Positions 39,700 to 52,152 are shown, counted from the first letter of the stretch. The stretch: DNA of 64,000 bases from Eledone cirrhosa (GCA_964016885.1 OZ024743.1:330026001-330090000), one strand, 5' to 3'. Numbers and translations are program-made. The notes: generated by a model not told the origin, from the letters alone.

Positions 39700-41160
39700 A
39701 TAATAATAATAATGGTTTTTGATTTAGGCACAAGGCCAGCAATTTTTGGGGGCGAAAAGAAATGTCGAATAAATTGACCCCAGTGCATGTTACTATTACT
39801 TTATTCTATCGACCCCGTCAGCATGAAAGGGAAAGCTAACCTCAGCGGGATTTGAACTCTGGACGTACAAGGGCGTAACTCTATGCTGCAAAACATGCAT
39901 GACGTTCCACCAATACTGCCAATCCCCTGCCCTAATAATGATTTCTTTTTGGCCCAAGGCCAACAATTATCCCAGTGTATTACTGGTACTTTATTTTATC
40001 GACCCCGAAAGGCAAAGTTACCTCGACGGGATTTTAACTCAGACCATAAAGGGCCGTAACTCTATGCTGCAAAGCATGGCGTCAGACCCTCTACCGATAC
40101 TGCCAATCCGCTGCCCTAATAATAATAGTAATAATGATTTCTGATTTAGGCACAAGGCCAGGAATTTCGGGGGAAGGAGAAAGTCAATTAAATCGACCCT
40201 AGTGCATTACCGGTACTTTATTTTATAAACACCGTAAGTATGAAAGGCAAAGTTAACCTCATCGGTATTTGAACTCAGAACGTAAAAAGTCTTAACTCTA
40301 TGCCGCAAAGTAGGCTGTTCGTCGCTCTACCGATACTGCCAATCCACTGCTCATAATAATAGTAATAATTATTTCTACTATTGGCAAAAGGCCAGCAAAT
40401 ATCCAGTACATTACTGGTACTTTATTTTATCAACCCCGTAAGGATGAAAAGCAAAGTTAACCTCGGCGGGATTTGAACTCAGAATAGCAAGGGCCGTAAC
40501 TCTATGCCTCAAAGCATGGCGTCTGACCCTCTACCGATACTGCCAGGATTCTTTCATTAGTTACAGGGACCCAAGATGTGGACGATGCAAGGACAAAAAA
40601 AAAAAAAGAAATGAAGGAATCCCATTAAAATGGAATAAGTGGGAGAAGCAGATTTGACTGATAGTTGGCCTTTTCCTACACATGATAGCAGTATTTTTGA
40701 CATGTCTGCAACACTGGGAGATAGCTTACAGAACACATTTGTCGCCTTGCATGGACCTCGGAGAATCTTGGCTGTAGAGCTTGTTCCAAACTAATAGCGC
40801 TCGTGTGTAGCACTACCAAGCCCAACAGGTTTGGCAAATGTGGACATTCTCCGATCAGAATGTTCTCCAAAGAGTCTGAATAATAATTGTTTCTACTTTT
40901 GGCACAAGGCCAGCAATTACCCCAGTGCATTACTGGTACTTTATTTTATCGACCCCGTAAGGATGAAAGGCAAAGTTAACCCCGGCGGGATTTGAACTCA
41001 GTTCGTAAAGGGACATAACTCTTTGCTGGAAAGCATGGCGTCCGACTCTCTACCGATACTGCCAATTAATAATAATAAATAGTAATGTTTCTACTTTAGG
41101 CACAAGGCCAGCAGTTACACCACTGCATTACTGGTACTTTATTTTATAGACCCAGTAAGG
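39700..41160 (-). mobile_element. Cluster of about six co-oriented family A SINEs
   Basis: Copies near 39710, 39940, 40135, 40365, 40880 and 41085 (partial), mostly joined by (AAT)n. Confidence 0.85.
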
Positions 41161-41226
41161 AATAATAAAACAACACATTTTCCAAGTTCTATCTAAGAGA
41201 AAGAAACACACACACACACACACACA

Positions 41227-41339
<113 letters not shown>

Positions 41340-41472
41340 TCAGATAGCCACGAAAATCAGAAACATGTTTGAGAGATTTCTATTTCTAAGGTAAAGGAAA
41401 TTCACCAATCCTGCCACACATACTCATGTATATATATATATATATATGTGTGTGTTTGTGTGTGTATGTGTG

Positions 41473-41511
<39 letters not shown>

Positions 41512-41586
41512 ATATGTGTGTGTATGTATATATGTTATGTACATATGCTATGCAGGTATGTACAAGATCACATGCCCCCCCCCATA

Positions 41587-41626
<40 letters not shown>

Positions 41627-41633
41627 AAAATGT

Positions 41634-41693
41634 TTAACCCCAACGGCAGAGCTCAAGCCGTTTCGACGGCTTCAGCTCTGCTGTCGGGGTTAA
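41634..41693. mobile_element. 52-bp hairpin flanked by TTAA (piggyBac-like mini-MITE)
   Basis: TTAA|CCCCAACGGCAGAGCTCAAGCCGT-TTCG-ACGGCTTCAGCTCTGCTGTCGGGG|TTAA. Confidence 0.55.
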
Positions 41694-41781
41694 CAATTCT
41701 CTTATTACCCACTCTACTACCCTAAGTATTGAGTACTCTGGTGCGTTATGGTCCATCTGGTTCCTTACCACACTTCCTTCG

Positions 41782-41845
<64 letters not shown>

Positions 41846-41930
41846 ATAATAGGGTGGGTGTGTAGTTGCTATATATAAAATATATGGAGAATAGGGTGGC
41901 TGTGTAGTTGGTAGATATATATATATATAT

Positions 41931-42161
41931 ATATTGTTATACTTTGGGAGGGTCATGTTGCCAATAAGAAACACACCAACCAGTTGCTTTCACTTAAATT
42001 TATTATAAATTTTATAAAATTTATATAATTCATAATAAATTGAAGTGAAAGCAACTGGTGCGTGTGTTTCTTATTGGCAACATAACCCTCCCAAAGTATA
42101 ACAATATCGGTTTCAACACACGTTTTCAGATAAAGAATCTTGCTAAACAAATTCAGAAACG

Positions 42162-42165
<4 letters not shown>
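41931..42165. repeat. Shorter palindrome of the 37.4-kb family, lacking the hammerheads
   Basis: It has the same outer arms (TATACTTTGGGAGGGTCATGTTGCCAATAAGAAACAC) and the same tail (CAGATAAAGAATCTTGCTAAACAAATTCAGAAACG) as 37894-37950. Confidence 0.85.
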
Positions 42166-42214
<49 letters not shown>

Positions 42215-42580
42215 TTCATGATTGAAATAAAATATTCATTGAGCGGACGACATTTGTAGAACGTCCAACTGTTGAGATAATCAATGATAAAGACGAAGTT
42301 CCTTCACAGTTTAGACATGACATGGCTGCTAAATAATGTGGCTTCCTGATGGTAGCCATATTTCACTATATTGATCTGTTAATTGAGTTGACTAGCTCAC
42401 CGACCAACCGGCCGATTAACCAGCCGACCTATCTACCTATTTACAGCAACATCGCAACTGATTGATTGAATTATCAATGAGATATCTGAACACTTTAGCA
42501 AGTGAAGCGCCCAAGCCACTGCTAGCCGAACCAAGTGACTGATAGCTTGATAGCTGAACCAAGTTATTGCCAGCTGTACC

Positions 42581-43500
42581 CAGCGACTAATAGCCGAATT
42601 AAGCGTCAGTCAGCCTAACCCAGCGATTAATAGACGAATTAAGCGTCAGTCAGCCTAACCCAGCGACTAATAGCCGAATTAAGCGTCAGTCAGCCTAACC
42701 CAGCGATTAATAGACGAATTAAGCGACAGTCAGCCTAACCCAGCGACTAATAGACAAATTAAGCGTCAGTCAGCCTAACCCAGCGATTAATAGACAAATT
42801 AAGCGTCAGTCAGCCTAACCCAGCGATTAATAGACAAATTAAGCGTCAGTCAGCCTAACCCAGCGATTAATAGACGAATTAAGCGTCAGTCAGCCTAACC
42901 CAGCGACTAATAGCCGAATTAAGCGTCAGTCAGCCTAACCCAGCGATTAATAGACGAATTAAGCGACAGTCAGCCTAACCCAGCGACTAATAGACAAATT
43001 AAGCGTCAGTCAGCCTAACCCAGCGATTAATAGACAAATTAAGCGTCAGTCAGCCTAACCCAGCGATTAATAGACAAATTAAGCGACAGTCAGCCTAACC
43101 CAGCGGCTAATAGCCGAGCCTAGCTACTAATAGCCGAGCCTAGCTACTAATAACCGAGTCCAGCTACTAACAGCCGAGCCCAGCTACTAATAACCGAGCC
43201 TAGCTACTAATAACCGAGTCCAGCTACTAATAGCCGAGCCCAGCTACTAATAGCCGAGCCTAGTTACTAATAGCCGAGCCTAGTTACTAATAGCCGAACC
43301 TAGTTACTAACAGCCGAGTCCAGCTACTAATAGCCGAACCTAGTTACTAATAGCCGAGCCTAGTTACTAATAGCCGAACCTAGTTACTAATAACCGAGTC
43401 CAGCTACTAATAGCCGAGCCCAGCTACTAATAGCCGAGCCTAGTTACTAATAGCCGAACCTAGTTACTAATAGCCGAGCCTAGTTACTAATAGCCGGACC
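42581..43500. repeat. Compound minisatellite: ~13 x 40 bp followed by ~20 x 20 bp
   Basis: Units AAGCGTCAGTCAGCCTAACCCAGCGATTAATAGACGAATT and TAGCTACTAATAGCCGAGCC. Confidence 0.95.
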
Positions 43501-43707
43501 AATCAGATGCTATCCAAACAAGCAGTCAACTAAATGCAATGAAATTGAACTATTTCGTGAAAGTAAATTAATTTTTTGAAAGCTTAGTTTGCAAATATAC
43601 AGATTTTCCTCCTTCTGCTCGCAACATTCGGGTATCTGGGCATCGAATCCTAGCAGATCTTGCCTACCAACCGCATCCGAGCCGACTGACCATCCTCCTC
43701 CTGTGTA

Positions 43708-43770
<63 letters not shown>

Positions 43771-44088
43771 AAATACGTCGACCTCAGTACACGAGTGGTA
43801 CTTTATTATCAACTCTGAAATGCTGTACTATCAAAACATACTACAAAACATACTATCGGCGACTCTTAAGATTCTTCTATTTGAGATATACACATACCTA
43901 TCGCACAATACAGAAGGTGTATTGGGCTTTTCAATTACATTTAGCACACTTTTAACCCCCTTCCCCACCCTCCACTCATCTGATTCAGCTTCTTCACATA
44001 AGCACTCCACCTGACGAGATTCCACAGAATTCCTGTCTACTCTAACAAAATATTGGTTAACTCTTGATGAAATAGTAAAAAGAAGGGT

Positions 44089-44124
44089 CTTCAACGTATC
44101 GGACGTTGTTCCGTCATCGGGAAA
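44089..44124 (-). ncRNA. Mutated hammerhead motif related to 632-667
   Basis: TTC-CCGATGA-C-GGA(ACAACG)TCC-GATAC-GTT-GAA, with two core substitutions. Confidence 0.35.
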
Positions 44125-44349
44125 GAAAAGAAAGTAAGTTAGGAAAGAGAATAGTTTGGAAGAAGAAAAAAGTGAAAAAAAAAGAAAATAGTGAATGTTA
44201 CTTCGAAGTTTTGTTGAAGGTTTTACAGAAATATATAAACCCCCCCCCCCCCACACACACACACACCCCACACACCTAACAGCCATTTCTTTAGCTCAGT
44301 CACAAGAACATAAATGTAATAATGTAATGCAGTGATGTCTAAAAATCTA

Positions 44350-44635
44350 AAGTCTGTTTCGAGCCTGGGGATTCCTCAGGCTGGTGCTTATCCTGGTTTC
44401 CCTGGCATTAACGGACTGGGAGTTCAAGACCCCCCCCCCCCCCCCCACCTAGCCAGTCCATCGCAGGGTTAAACCTCCAGCTATTGCTGGTTCACATTTT
44501 CAGCTGAGTATAGTGGAGCAACGTGAAAGGAAATGTTTTGCTGAAGGACACAACACACAACCCAATAGAGAAATCGAAGCCACGACGTTATGATCACTAG
44601 TCCAACACTTTTACCACTAGGCCAGGTGCCTTCAC
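44350..44635 (-). mobile_element. Family B SINE
   Basis: Similar to 25125-25410. Confidence 0.7.
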
Positions 44636-44763
44636 TATGTAGTGATGTATTGAAGTGAAATACATGAATACCAAGATGAATTAGATCATGTCTCGAAGCT
44701 TACATTATAACATGTTAGCTGTATAGAAATTCTCCAATTAGCATTTACGGGATTTGGACACCA

Positions 44764-45108
44764 ACTCTCTCGTCTCGAATAATCATCCCCGCCCGCTCAT
44801 TAATTTTTCAGATTTTTTTAACCCCAACCCCACCCGCTCTTATCCCCCACCCGCTCTTATCCCCACTTATAAAATTTTGCTAATATATCTCCGGCGAAAT
44901 TTCAGTTGAAGTGTAGCAATCATGCGACAGTTAACTTTCTTTACATATTACTAGAAATCCCATACGTTATAAAATAACTAGGGTGGGTCGGGGTCTCTAT
45001 GTAAACTAAACGACTAATTTTGGTTTTTAATAAAAATCATCGGAGACAACCTAGTAAAATGACCCACCCCGCTTATTCCTTTACGCCATTATTTGGGACC
45101 CGAGAGTA
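44764..45108. mobile_element. MITE, inverted relative of 19520-19903
   Basis: Ends ACTCTCTCGTCTCGAATAAT and ATTATTTGGGACCCGAGAGTA, with a shared internal CGGAGACAACCTAG. Confidence 0.65.
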
Positions 45109-46956
45109 GCGAAAATGACCAGACAAATACTGTTAGCCATTGTTCTGTTGTTGTTTAACCCCAGGTAAGATCTAACTGAACAGACATATAATTATAGACA
45201 TTCTTCTCATGACCAGTATTTTTAGGGGTATGTGGGACTACTTTATTTATTCACTATATTATCTATTGCGTGCTTACCTTCTTCAAGGCACTATATATTT
45301 CGAGGGATTGTTGGCTGTTATTTTAGCACATCTAGCAACCATATAGAGGATCATTATTTATTATTAATCAGTTGTACAGAGAGTGATGAACTCACCTTTT
45401 GCAATATCAATTAATTTGTAGTCGGAAATCAATCTCTCGCTATAAACACTTTTATTATTTCACATAACCAGGTCAGAAATTATATAATATAAGCATGTAT
45501 CTATTATGTTAATATCAATGGAGCATTGACCGGAAACATTTCTATTACTGAGGTTAACGACCACCATTTTATGAAGAAAATATTGATTTTAACATGTCTT
45601 TAGATTGAAAGATTAAAGCAGAGATATAAATTGAGAAGTGACTCAAGGCAGTGAATAGAGAGTCATTAGAGGGTATGACAGCATGAACTGAGCTATGTGT
45701 CCCGTATGACAGCATGAACTGAGCTATGTGTCCCGGATCTCTGCGATATTGGTTCAAAACCTGGCAAGATTAACTTTGCAATACGTCCATTTAGGTTCGA
45801 TAAAATAATGTAGTAGAATGGCGGAATTATTACAGACTTTGAACAAGATGCTAATTCCATGTGTGGATTACGTGAGTGATAGACTTAATCCGTAACCTGG
45901 TGTAACACCCATTCTGCTCTTGGGTGATTTAACGTGGTCCACTTTGCTGCAAGTATTTGGATCAGGTTTTTGGTTTGACGGTACCTTCAGACTCCTGTCT
46001 AGTAGCCCCCCAAAAAAGTTTTGGGTTCTGTCCTTCCCTTCTTGACTATATAGTAAAAAAAAACATGTTTTATATAAATATGCTTAATAACGTACATTAA
46101 TTGAAATATACAACGGAATGTTGTATATCAAGTGTGAACGCACACATAGTCCAGGGGAACCCTCTAAACTTTTCATGACCGCATTTCTAATGAAATACAC
46201 TCTATTTTAATTAAATAGTGAAGAATTTTTAGGGATTTACTAAGAGCATTATTTCATTGATAAGATAGTAACTTAATGTAAGGTTCTTATATAAAATTAT
46301 GTTGGGAGATTTTAATTTAAATGGGAAACTTTTAAAATCGCTAGTTTTATTTCATAGAACCAGAGTTTGTTTCAGCCAGATTGGTAACTAAGGGGCTAAT
46401 CTCCTTTAAAAGAATTTACTTGAAATAATTATTGTTTTTGTAACTGAACGTATTGCCAAAGAATGCAACGGAAAACTGGCGATTGTCTTAAAATGTAAAA
46501 CGAAATTTCTTGCAATTATTTCAGTCCTTTGCGTGCCGAGTTCAAGTCACAACGTGGTTAAATTTACTTTTTATAATTCCAGTGCCGATAAATAAAATAC
46601 GAGGCCGGTGGACTGCTAGACTTGTTATAACGTTGGGCTGGAGGTTTTCTAATGTTTGTTTCGGTAGTCTATTTGTTTTATGAAATATGAATAAATACGA
46701 TGACGGTCGTATTTGAACTCACAATTCAATGCACGTAAAAACTCAAACGAGGAGTACCATGAAAAAAAGGTGTAATGAGGCAAAATGGGGAGATTGTACA
46801 TAATGAAAGCTATAGCCATTTTCACAAGAGAAGACATCTCACACCCACCCCAAAGTGGTTGTGAGATCTCCCCGTCCGTCAGGGAGAGTTGATAAGTCTA
46901 CGTATTAATTACTATAATATATATATTGTTTGCCAGAGTAAACTCGGCAGAAGAAG

Positions 46957-47024
<68 letters not shown>

Positions 47025-47647
47025 ACAAGGAGAAAGAGACGATTATGAGGAAGAAAAATATATTTTTCTCCTTTTTTGTTTCTCTCTCTCTTTTTTCTGT
47101 TAGAAAATGATTAAAACGAAATGTTTTACTTTGTGTGAAGTGTTAAGGTATTAGTTGATTTATTTATTATTTAACAATGCCATTTATTTATCTATTTATA
47201 TATTTAAATATTGTCTATTACTGGTTTCAGCATTTATATGCATTATCAAATGATAGTGAAATGTATTAGTGTGGTGTCGCACATGTTAAACAGAAGGTGC
47301 AGAAAGAATAATGTTATTTACAAACAAGGTTTAAGAAGTGAAAAGAAAAAAGAAAAAGGAAAAAAAACGTGCATAATGTGGAACGTAAAAAGTCAATGTG
47401 GAAGAAAAAATAATGTTATTTACAAGCAAAGTCATTGAAGTTAAGCAGATCAAAATGTATTAATATAGCAAGAGTGCTTAGTTGAACCATGGTTCCGTGA
47501 TGGAGGCAAATGGTGGACTGAGGTTTGATATGATTCCCCTTTTTAGAGAGTTAATATGCAGGGTGATATTTAATTTATTTAAAAAAATGGATTAGGTAGG
47601 GTGTGAGGGAGGTAACTCTTGTAAATGTTTGATGGTTTGTTGCAGTT

Positions 47648-49965
47648 TTAGATTGGTCCGAATTTTAGAGCATTGAGTAATGGTTGAAATTTATTAATGA
47701 AATGTGTTTCCTTATTGGTACGTTGGATGAAAGTAGCATTGTCTATGAATTTGTAAATGGGAAAATTTTAAAGTTTGGATGTTGGTTGAGAGTACAATTG
47801 GCGATATGTTCACTAAATGCAATCTTTCTGTATTCCTGTATTTTAATTTATGATTTATGGACGGTCATACGTTGACGGAGGCTGTTTTTTGTCTGTCCTA
47901 TGTAGTGCTCTAGACAACCTGAGCAAGTCAAAACATAGATAAGGTTTTCAGATGCATATGTAAAGTTGTGTTTAACTGTGAAACGTTGTCCTTGTTTAAA
48001 ATGGAATGTTGAACCTTCTATTAGATTTATGCATATGCCACAGTTGGGCCTTCCGCATTTTGTTACTGTAGGGTTCATTGTGAGAGTTTGTTGGATTTTG
48101 TCTTGTGTGAGGATGTTTTTTATGGATTTGGGTTGTTTTTTGCTCTTTATGATGTTGTGTGTTTGGAGGATATTGTTCATTCTTGGGTCTCTTTTTAGTA
48201 AAGGAATGTTCTGGAGGATGGTGTCGAATGCCTCATTGTTGAGGTGGTTGTGTGTGGAGATGTATGGTAGAATTTTTTGTTGCGGTTCATTCCTGGGTTT
48301 GGGGTGTCTGAGTTCCTGGATGTCTAGTTTTAGGGCACGTTGGAATCCATTGGTGATTAGGGATGGTGGGTAGTTTCTGCTGATAAGTGTGTTTTTTAAT
48401 TCTTCTAGCCGTGTGCAGCATGTGTATTTATCTGAAACTATTGTACAGATCCTTCTGGCTAGGTTATAAGGAATTGCCATTTTGGTGTGTTTAGGGTGGC
48501 ACGAGTTGAATGGAAGGTATTGTTTGGAGTCTGTGGGTTTGTAGTATATGTCTGTTTCTATTTTGTTGCTTGTTTTCTTGATGAGGATGTCGAGGAAAGG
48601 GAGTTGTTCATGGCTGTAATACATTGTGAATTGTAAGTTAGTGTTGAGCTCATTCAGAAGGGTTTTGAACTCAAACAGTCTATCTATACTTTCATGCCAG
48701 TGGATGAAGCAGTCGTCCATATATCTCTTCCAGTTCTTTTCTATGTGTTGGTAGAAGTGGTTGCCGTATTTGTCTAGAACATTGCGGTAGAGAATGGTTT
48801 CCAAATATCCCATGACAAGGTTAGCGTATGAGGGGACCACTTTCGTGCCCATGGCAGTCCCAGATTTCTGTCTGTAGTATTTGGCATTGAATTCGAAGAA
48901 ATTGTTTTCCAAGATGAATTTGAGTCCCTCCAAAACAAATTCTTTAGCGATGCGCTGTGGGAGTTCACTAGGGGAATTTTCCATCCAGAATTGTATTGCC
49001 TCTATACCTAGGTTGTGTGGGATATTGGAATATAAATTGATGACATCAAAGGTTACTAGTAGGGTATGTTCGTTATTGAGTGTTGTTGGGAGGTGGTTGA
49101 GCATGTCAAGGTCGTCCCTTATGAAGCTTTTTATATGTTTTAGGAAAGGTTTAAGCAGAATATCTAGGAAGTTGCTTAGGTGGTGGGTTTCACATGTGGT
49201 GCCTGCTATTATGGGTCTTAATTTAAGGTTATCAGGAGGGGCTATATTGATGTAAACGTCTGTGGCTTGCTTGCAGGCCCTGCCTATTACTTCGCTTTTG
49301 TGTGTCTTGGGGATACCGTAGAAGAGGCTGGTTCTGCTTTTGAAATTGGTGATGTAGTTGTATTCCTTGTCTGTAAGGCCTTCTTTGTAAAGGCTTGTTA
49401 GGGATTTTAGATTTCTCATTATTTTCTGTTGTGTGTAGTGTTGGGCCTTTTCATAATATGCTTGGTTTTCTAGAGTTGAGAGTACTAGAGTTGTGTAATA
49501 ATCTGTCTCCATAAGAACTACTGCACTCCCTTTATCTGCCTTTTTGATTGTTAGGGTTTTGTCGTTTTTTAGACTGTTAAGACCATTCCATTCTTTTTTG
49601 CTTAGGTTTGGTTTTTGTTTATGTCTGTGTAGATGTTCGCAGAATTGATCGAGGAATTTGTTCTTGCCCTTTGGTGGGGTGTAGTTGCTTCTATTTCTGG
49701 CTATTGAGTCATCCTCATTTTATTTGTCGTATAGTTGTTCGCTGAGTCTTAGTTTTCTACAGAATTCTGCAATATCTTCCTTCATTTCGGGGTAGTTTGG
49801 TTGTTGGGGAGTTGGTGTAAATTTTAGACCTTTGGAGAGTATGTTGATTTGGTCTGTTATTAATTCTTTAGAGGTTAAATTGACAATTTTTATTGCATTT
49901 TGTGTCTCCTGTGTGTTTTGTGTTATCTTGTAATCCTGTGTCTGTGTGCTGTGTCTAAAAAATGA
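47648..49965 (-). pseudogene. PLE reverse transcriptase-GIY-YIG endonuclease
   Basis: Motifs LSKGLKFTPTP, FCRKLRL, KADKGSAVV, FYGIPKTHK, LRPII, FDVINLYSNI, GTAMGT, RYMDD, PFLD, CGRPNCGIC, NLIYVLTC..YIGQT..LRQR and KETHFINKFQPLLN. There are TAA stops near 49720 and at 47848, and a late frameshift. Confidence 0.93.
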
Positions 49966-51497
49966 TTACGGAAGTTGTGATGGCTGTTGAAGTTTGGATG
50001 TCTCTTATAGTTGTATTGGCTCCTGCTGTTGTTGTAAGATGGTGTGTAGCTGTGGTGGTTGTTGAGTTTAGGTTGTATCGTGTGGTTGTATTGAGCCCTG
50101 CTGATGTTGTTGTAGGCTGTGTAGATTTGATGGACGTGGTTATAGGGTGTGAAGTTGTGGTGGTTGTTGAAGTTGGGTTGTATCGTGTGGTTGTGTTGAG
50201 CACTGCTGTTGTTGTAGGGTGTGTAGACTTGGTGGTAGTTGTAGTAGGGTTGTCTTGTGTGTTCATATTGAGTCCTGTTGTTGCTGTTATATGGTGTGTA
50301 GCTATGGTGGTTGTAGTGGTTAGGGTGTCTCGTGTGGTTGTATTGTCCCCTGCTGGTGTTGTTGTAGTAGGGTGTGGTTAGTGGGGGAGGGTAGATTAGG
50401 GTTTCCTTATAGCTGGTGTGTGGTTGTGAGGCCCTGTGTGACATGTGTGGTAGTTGTGTATTTTGGGTTCTATGTTGGAAGTAATGATGGTTGTGGGTTT
50501 GTTATGTGGGGATGTTAGGGGGGTTGTAAGTGTGGGGGATTCTATGGTTTCTCCTGGTAGGAGAGAAGTTGTAGTGTCTATCTTGTAGCTGATGTTTCTC
50601 TATTACTATATTTGTTGCTTGGGAGTCCGTGTGATAGTTGTGTGGGAGGTGTAGGAGGTAGGGGCGAGGTGATGCCTTCTTTTGTTGGTATGTGGGGAGG
50701 TATTGTTTTTTGTTGTTGTTGGTTGTTGTGTGTTGTTTGGGTGTTGATTGAGTTTTCTTGTTATTATGGTTTTAATGAAGGGGTTCTTGGATGTGTGTTC
50801 TTTTTGGAAAAGTGTTTCATAGTTAGAGAACCAGGTTTCGTTTATTTCCCGGCGTTGAAGGGATTTTAATTCTTCCTTATTACAGTCCTCTAACCATAGT
50901 TTTGAAATATTTTCTAGGGTGGTGTCTTTGGTTTTATTGATAATTGCTTGATTAATCTCATCGTCGATTGATTTGATCCTATCTTCATTTGTTTGGGCTC
51001 TCAATTTGAGGAGTTCAATTTCGGTTTTTATGTTATCAAGTGCCATTCTTTCCCTGGGGTGTCTTTGTGTCTCTGGTTCGTTTGGGATGGATTTAATTTG
51101 TATTTTTCGGGGGATGATTAATGGAGAGGAGTTAATCCATTTTTCATAGATCTCCGTTTTGTATCATCTTCCAAAAGGAGAATTTCCTGTTATTAAGAGA
51201 TGTGTACCATTGTGGTATTAATTTGTTTTTTATTTGGTAAGTTGTAAGTGTATTAGTGTCATGTGTATTGTCGTTCGTTTGAATAGGGTTTGTGTTGTTA
51301 TTCAGGTGTGTTTTTATTGTTTCACATAAGTTATTGATATTGTCGTTGATTTCATAGGATGTGTATTTGGGGATTGTTTCTTCACTTGTAGAGTTTAGTT
51401 TGTTGGTGAGTATTGATAAATTAGAGTTAATTTTTTGTAGTTCTTGGAGTATCTCTTGATTGATGCTGATGAGAGTGGATTCTGTTTTTGTTTTAGT
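49923..51497 (-). pseudogene. PLE upstream ORF1 (coiled-coil-like region and N/H/Y/Q-rich repeats), fragmented
   Basis: It reads ...QEILQELQKINSNL...WYTSLNNRKFSFWKM / IYEKWINSSPLIIPRK...IKTEIELLKLRA..., then about five ~25-aa QYNHTxxPxxNxHxxYTPYNN repeats. Several frame lesions interrupt it. Confidence 0.6.
49956..49962 (-). promoter_or_regulatory. Candidate -1 ribosomal frameshift heptamer U_UUU_UUA
   Basis: It is correctly phased in the ORF1 frame (caT TTT TTA). The -1 frame is the RT frame and opens one codon upstream of the heptamer. Confidence 0.6.
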
Positions 51498-51579
51498 ATA
51501 TATATATATAGTGACGTATATATATATATATATAGTGACGAAACATAAGTCAATTGCATGTACTCATAATCATTTATTT

Positions 51580-51635
51580 ACTGCTATATATATTTCGATG
51601 ATAGCCATTGAATGGCTATGACCTCATCAGGCAGT
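51580..51635 (-). ncRNA. Type I hammerhead ribozyme motif
   Basis: ACTGC-CTGATGA-GGTcATAGCCA(TTCAA)TGGCTATcATC-GAAA-TATATA-TA-GCAGT. Confidence 0.85.
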
Positions 51636-51698
51636 TAGCCAGTTTTTAGATATGCCAGCTCTGTGTTTATGGTGTTGATGGTATCAGAGCCTTGGGAC

Positions 51699-51742
<44 letters not shown>

Positions 51743-51888
51743 TTTTGAGTTTATGTTGGTTGTATACCAACACCTCAGTATGCAGGCTGGAGCACTCGAC
51801 GAAGTGCGCAGGTTGGTTTGGTTACTCCGGAGTAGTGTAAAATAAAGTTAAATAAAAGTCAAATGATTAAAATTTAGCTTCGTTTATT

Positions 51889-51943
51889 ACTGCTATATAT
51901 ATTTCAGTGACAGCCATCTTTGGCTGTGACCTCTTCAGGCAGT
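51889..51943 (-). ncRNA. Type I hammerhead ribozyme motif
   Basis: ACTGC-CTGAAGA-GGTcACAGCCA(AAGA)TGGCTGTcACT-GAAA-TATATA-TA-GCAGT. Confidence 0.85.
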
Positions 51944-52058
51944 TTGAATTAGTATGGTATAGACAAGTACATATGTTGTTTAGGTGTATGATATTGTCAA
52001 TACTCTGATATGCCCAGTTCCTTGCTGGGTTGTTAATTCACTGGGGAACTGGAGTCAT

Positions 52059-52152
<94 letters not shown>

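Larger units (their letters stand above)
47100..51497 (-). mobile_element. Penelope-like retroelement (Neptune/Nematis-type Cys linker) with two ORFs
   Basis: RT and C-terminal GIY-YIG plus an upstream ORF. The 5' end is cut at (TA)n and the 3' boundary is uncertain. Confidence 0.88.

Noticed and set aside
40550-40880. Complex sequence within the SINE cluster as an exon
   Set aside because: Only short open frames with no recognisable homology.
42581-43500. Possible CRISPR array
   Set aside because: The units are contiguous with no unique spacers, there are no cas genes, and the context is eukaryotic.
47848-49720. In-frame stops in the PLE as selenocysteine codons
   Set aside because: The stops are TAA, not TGA.
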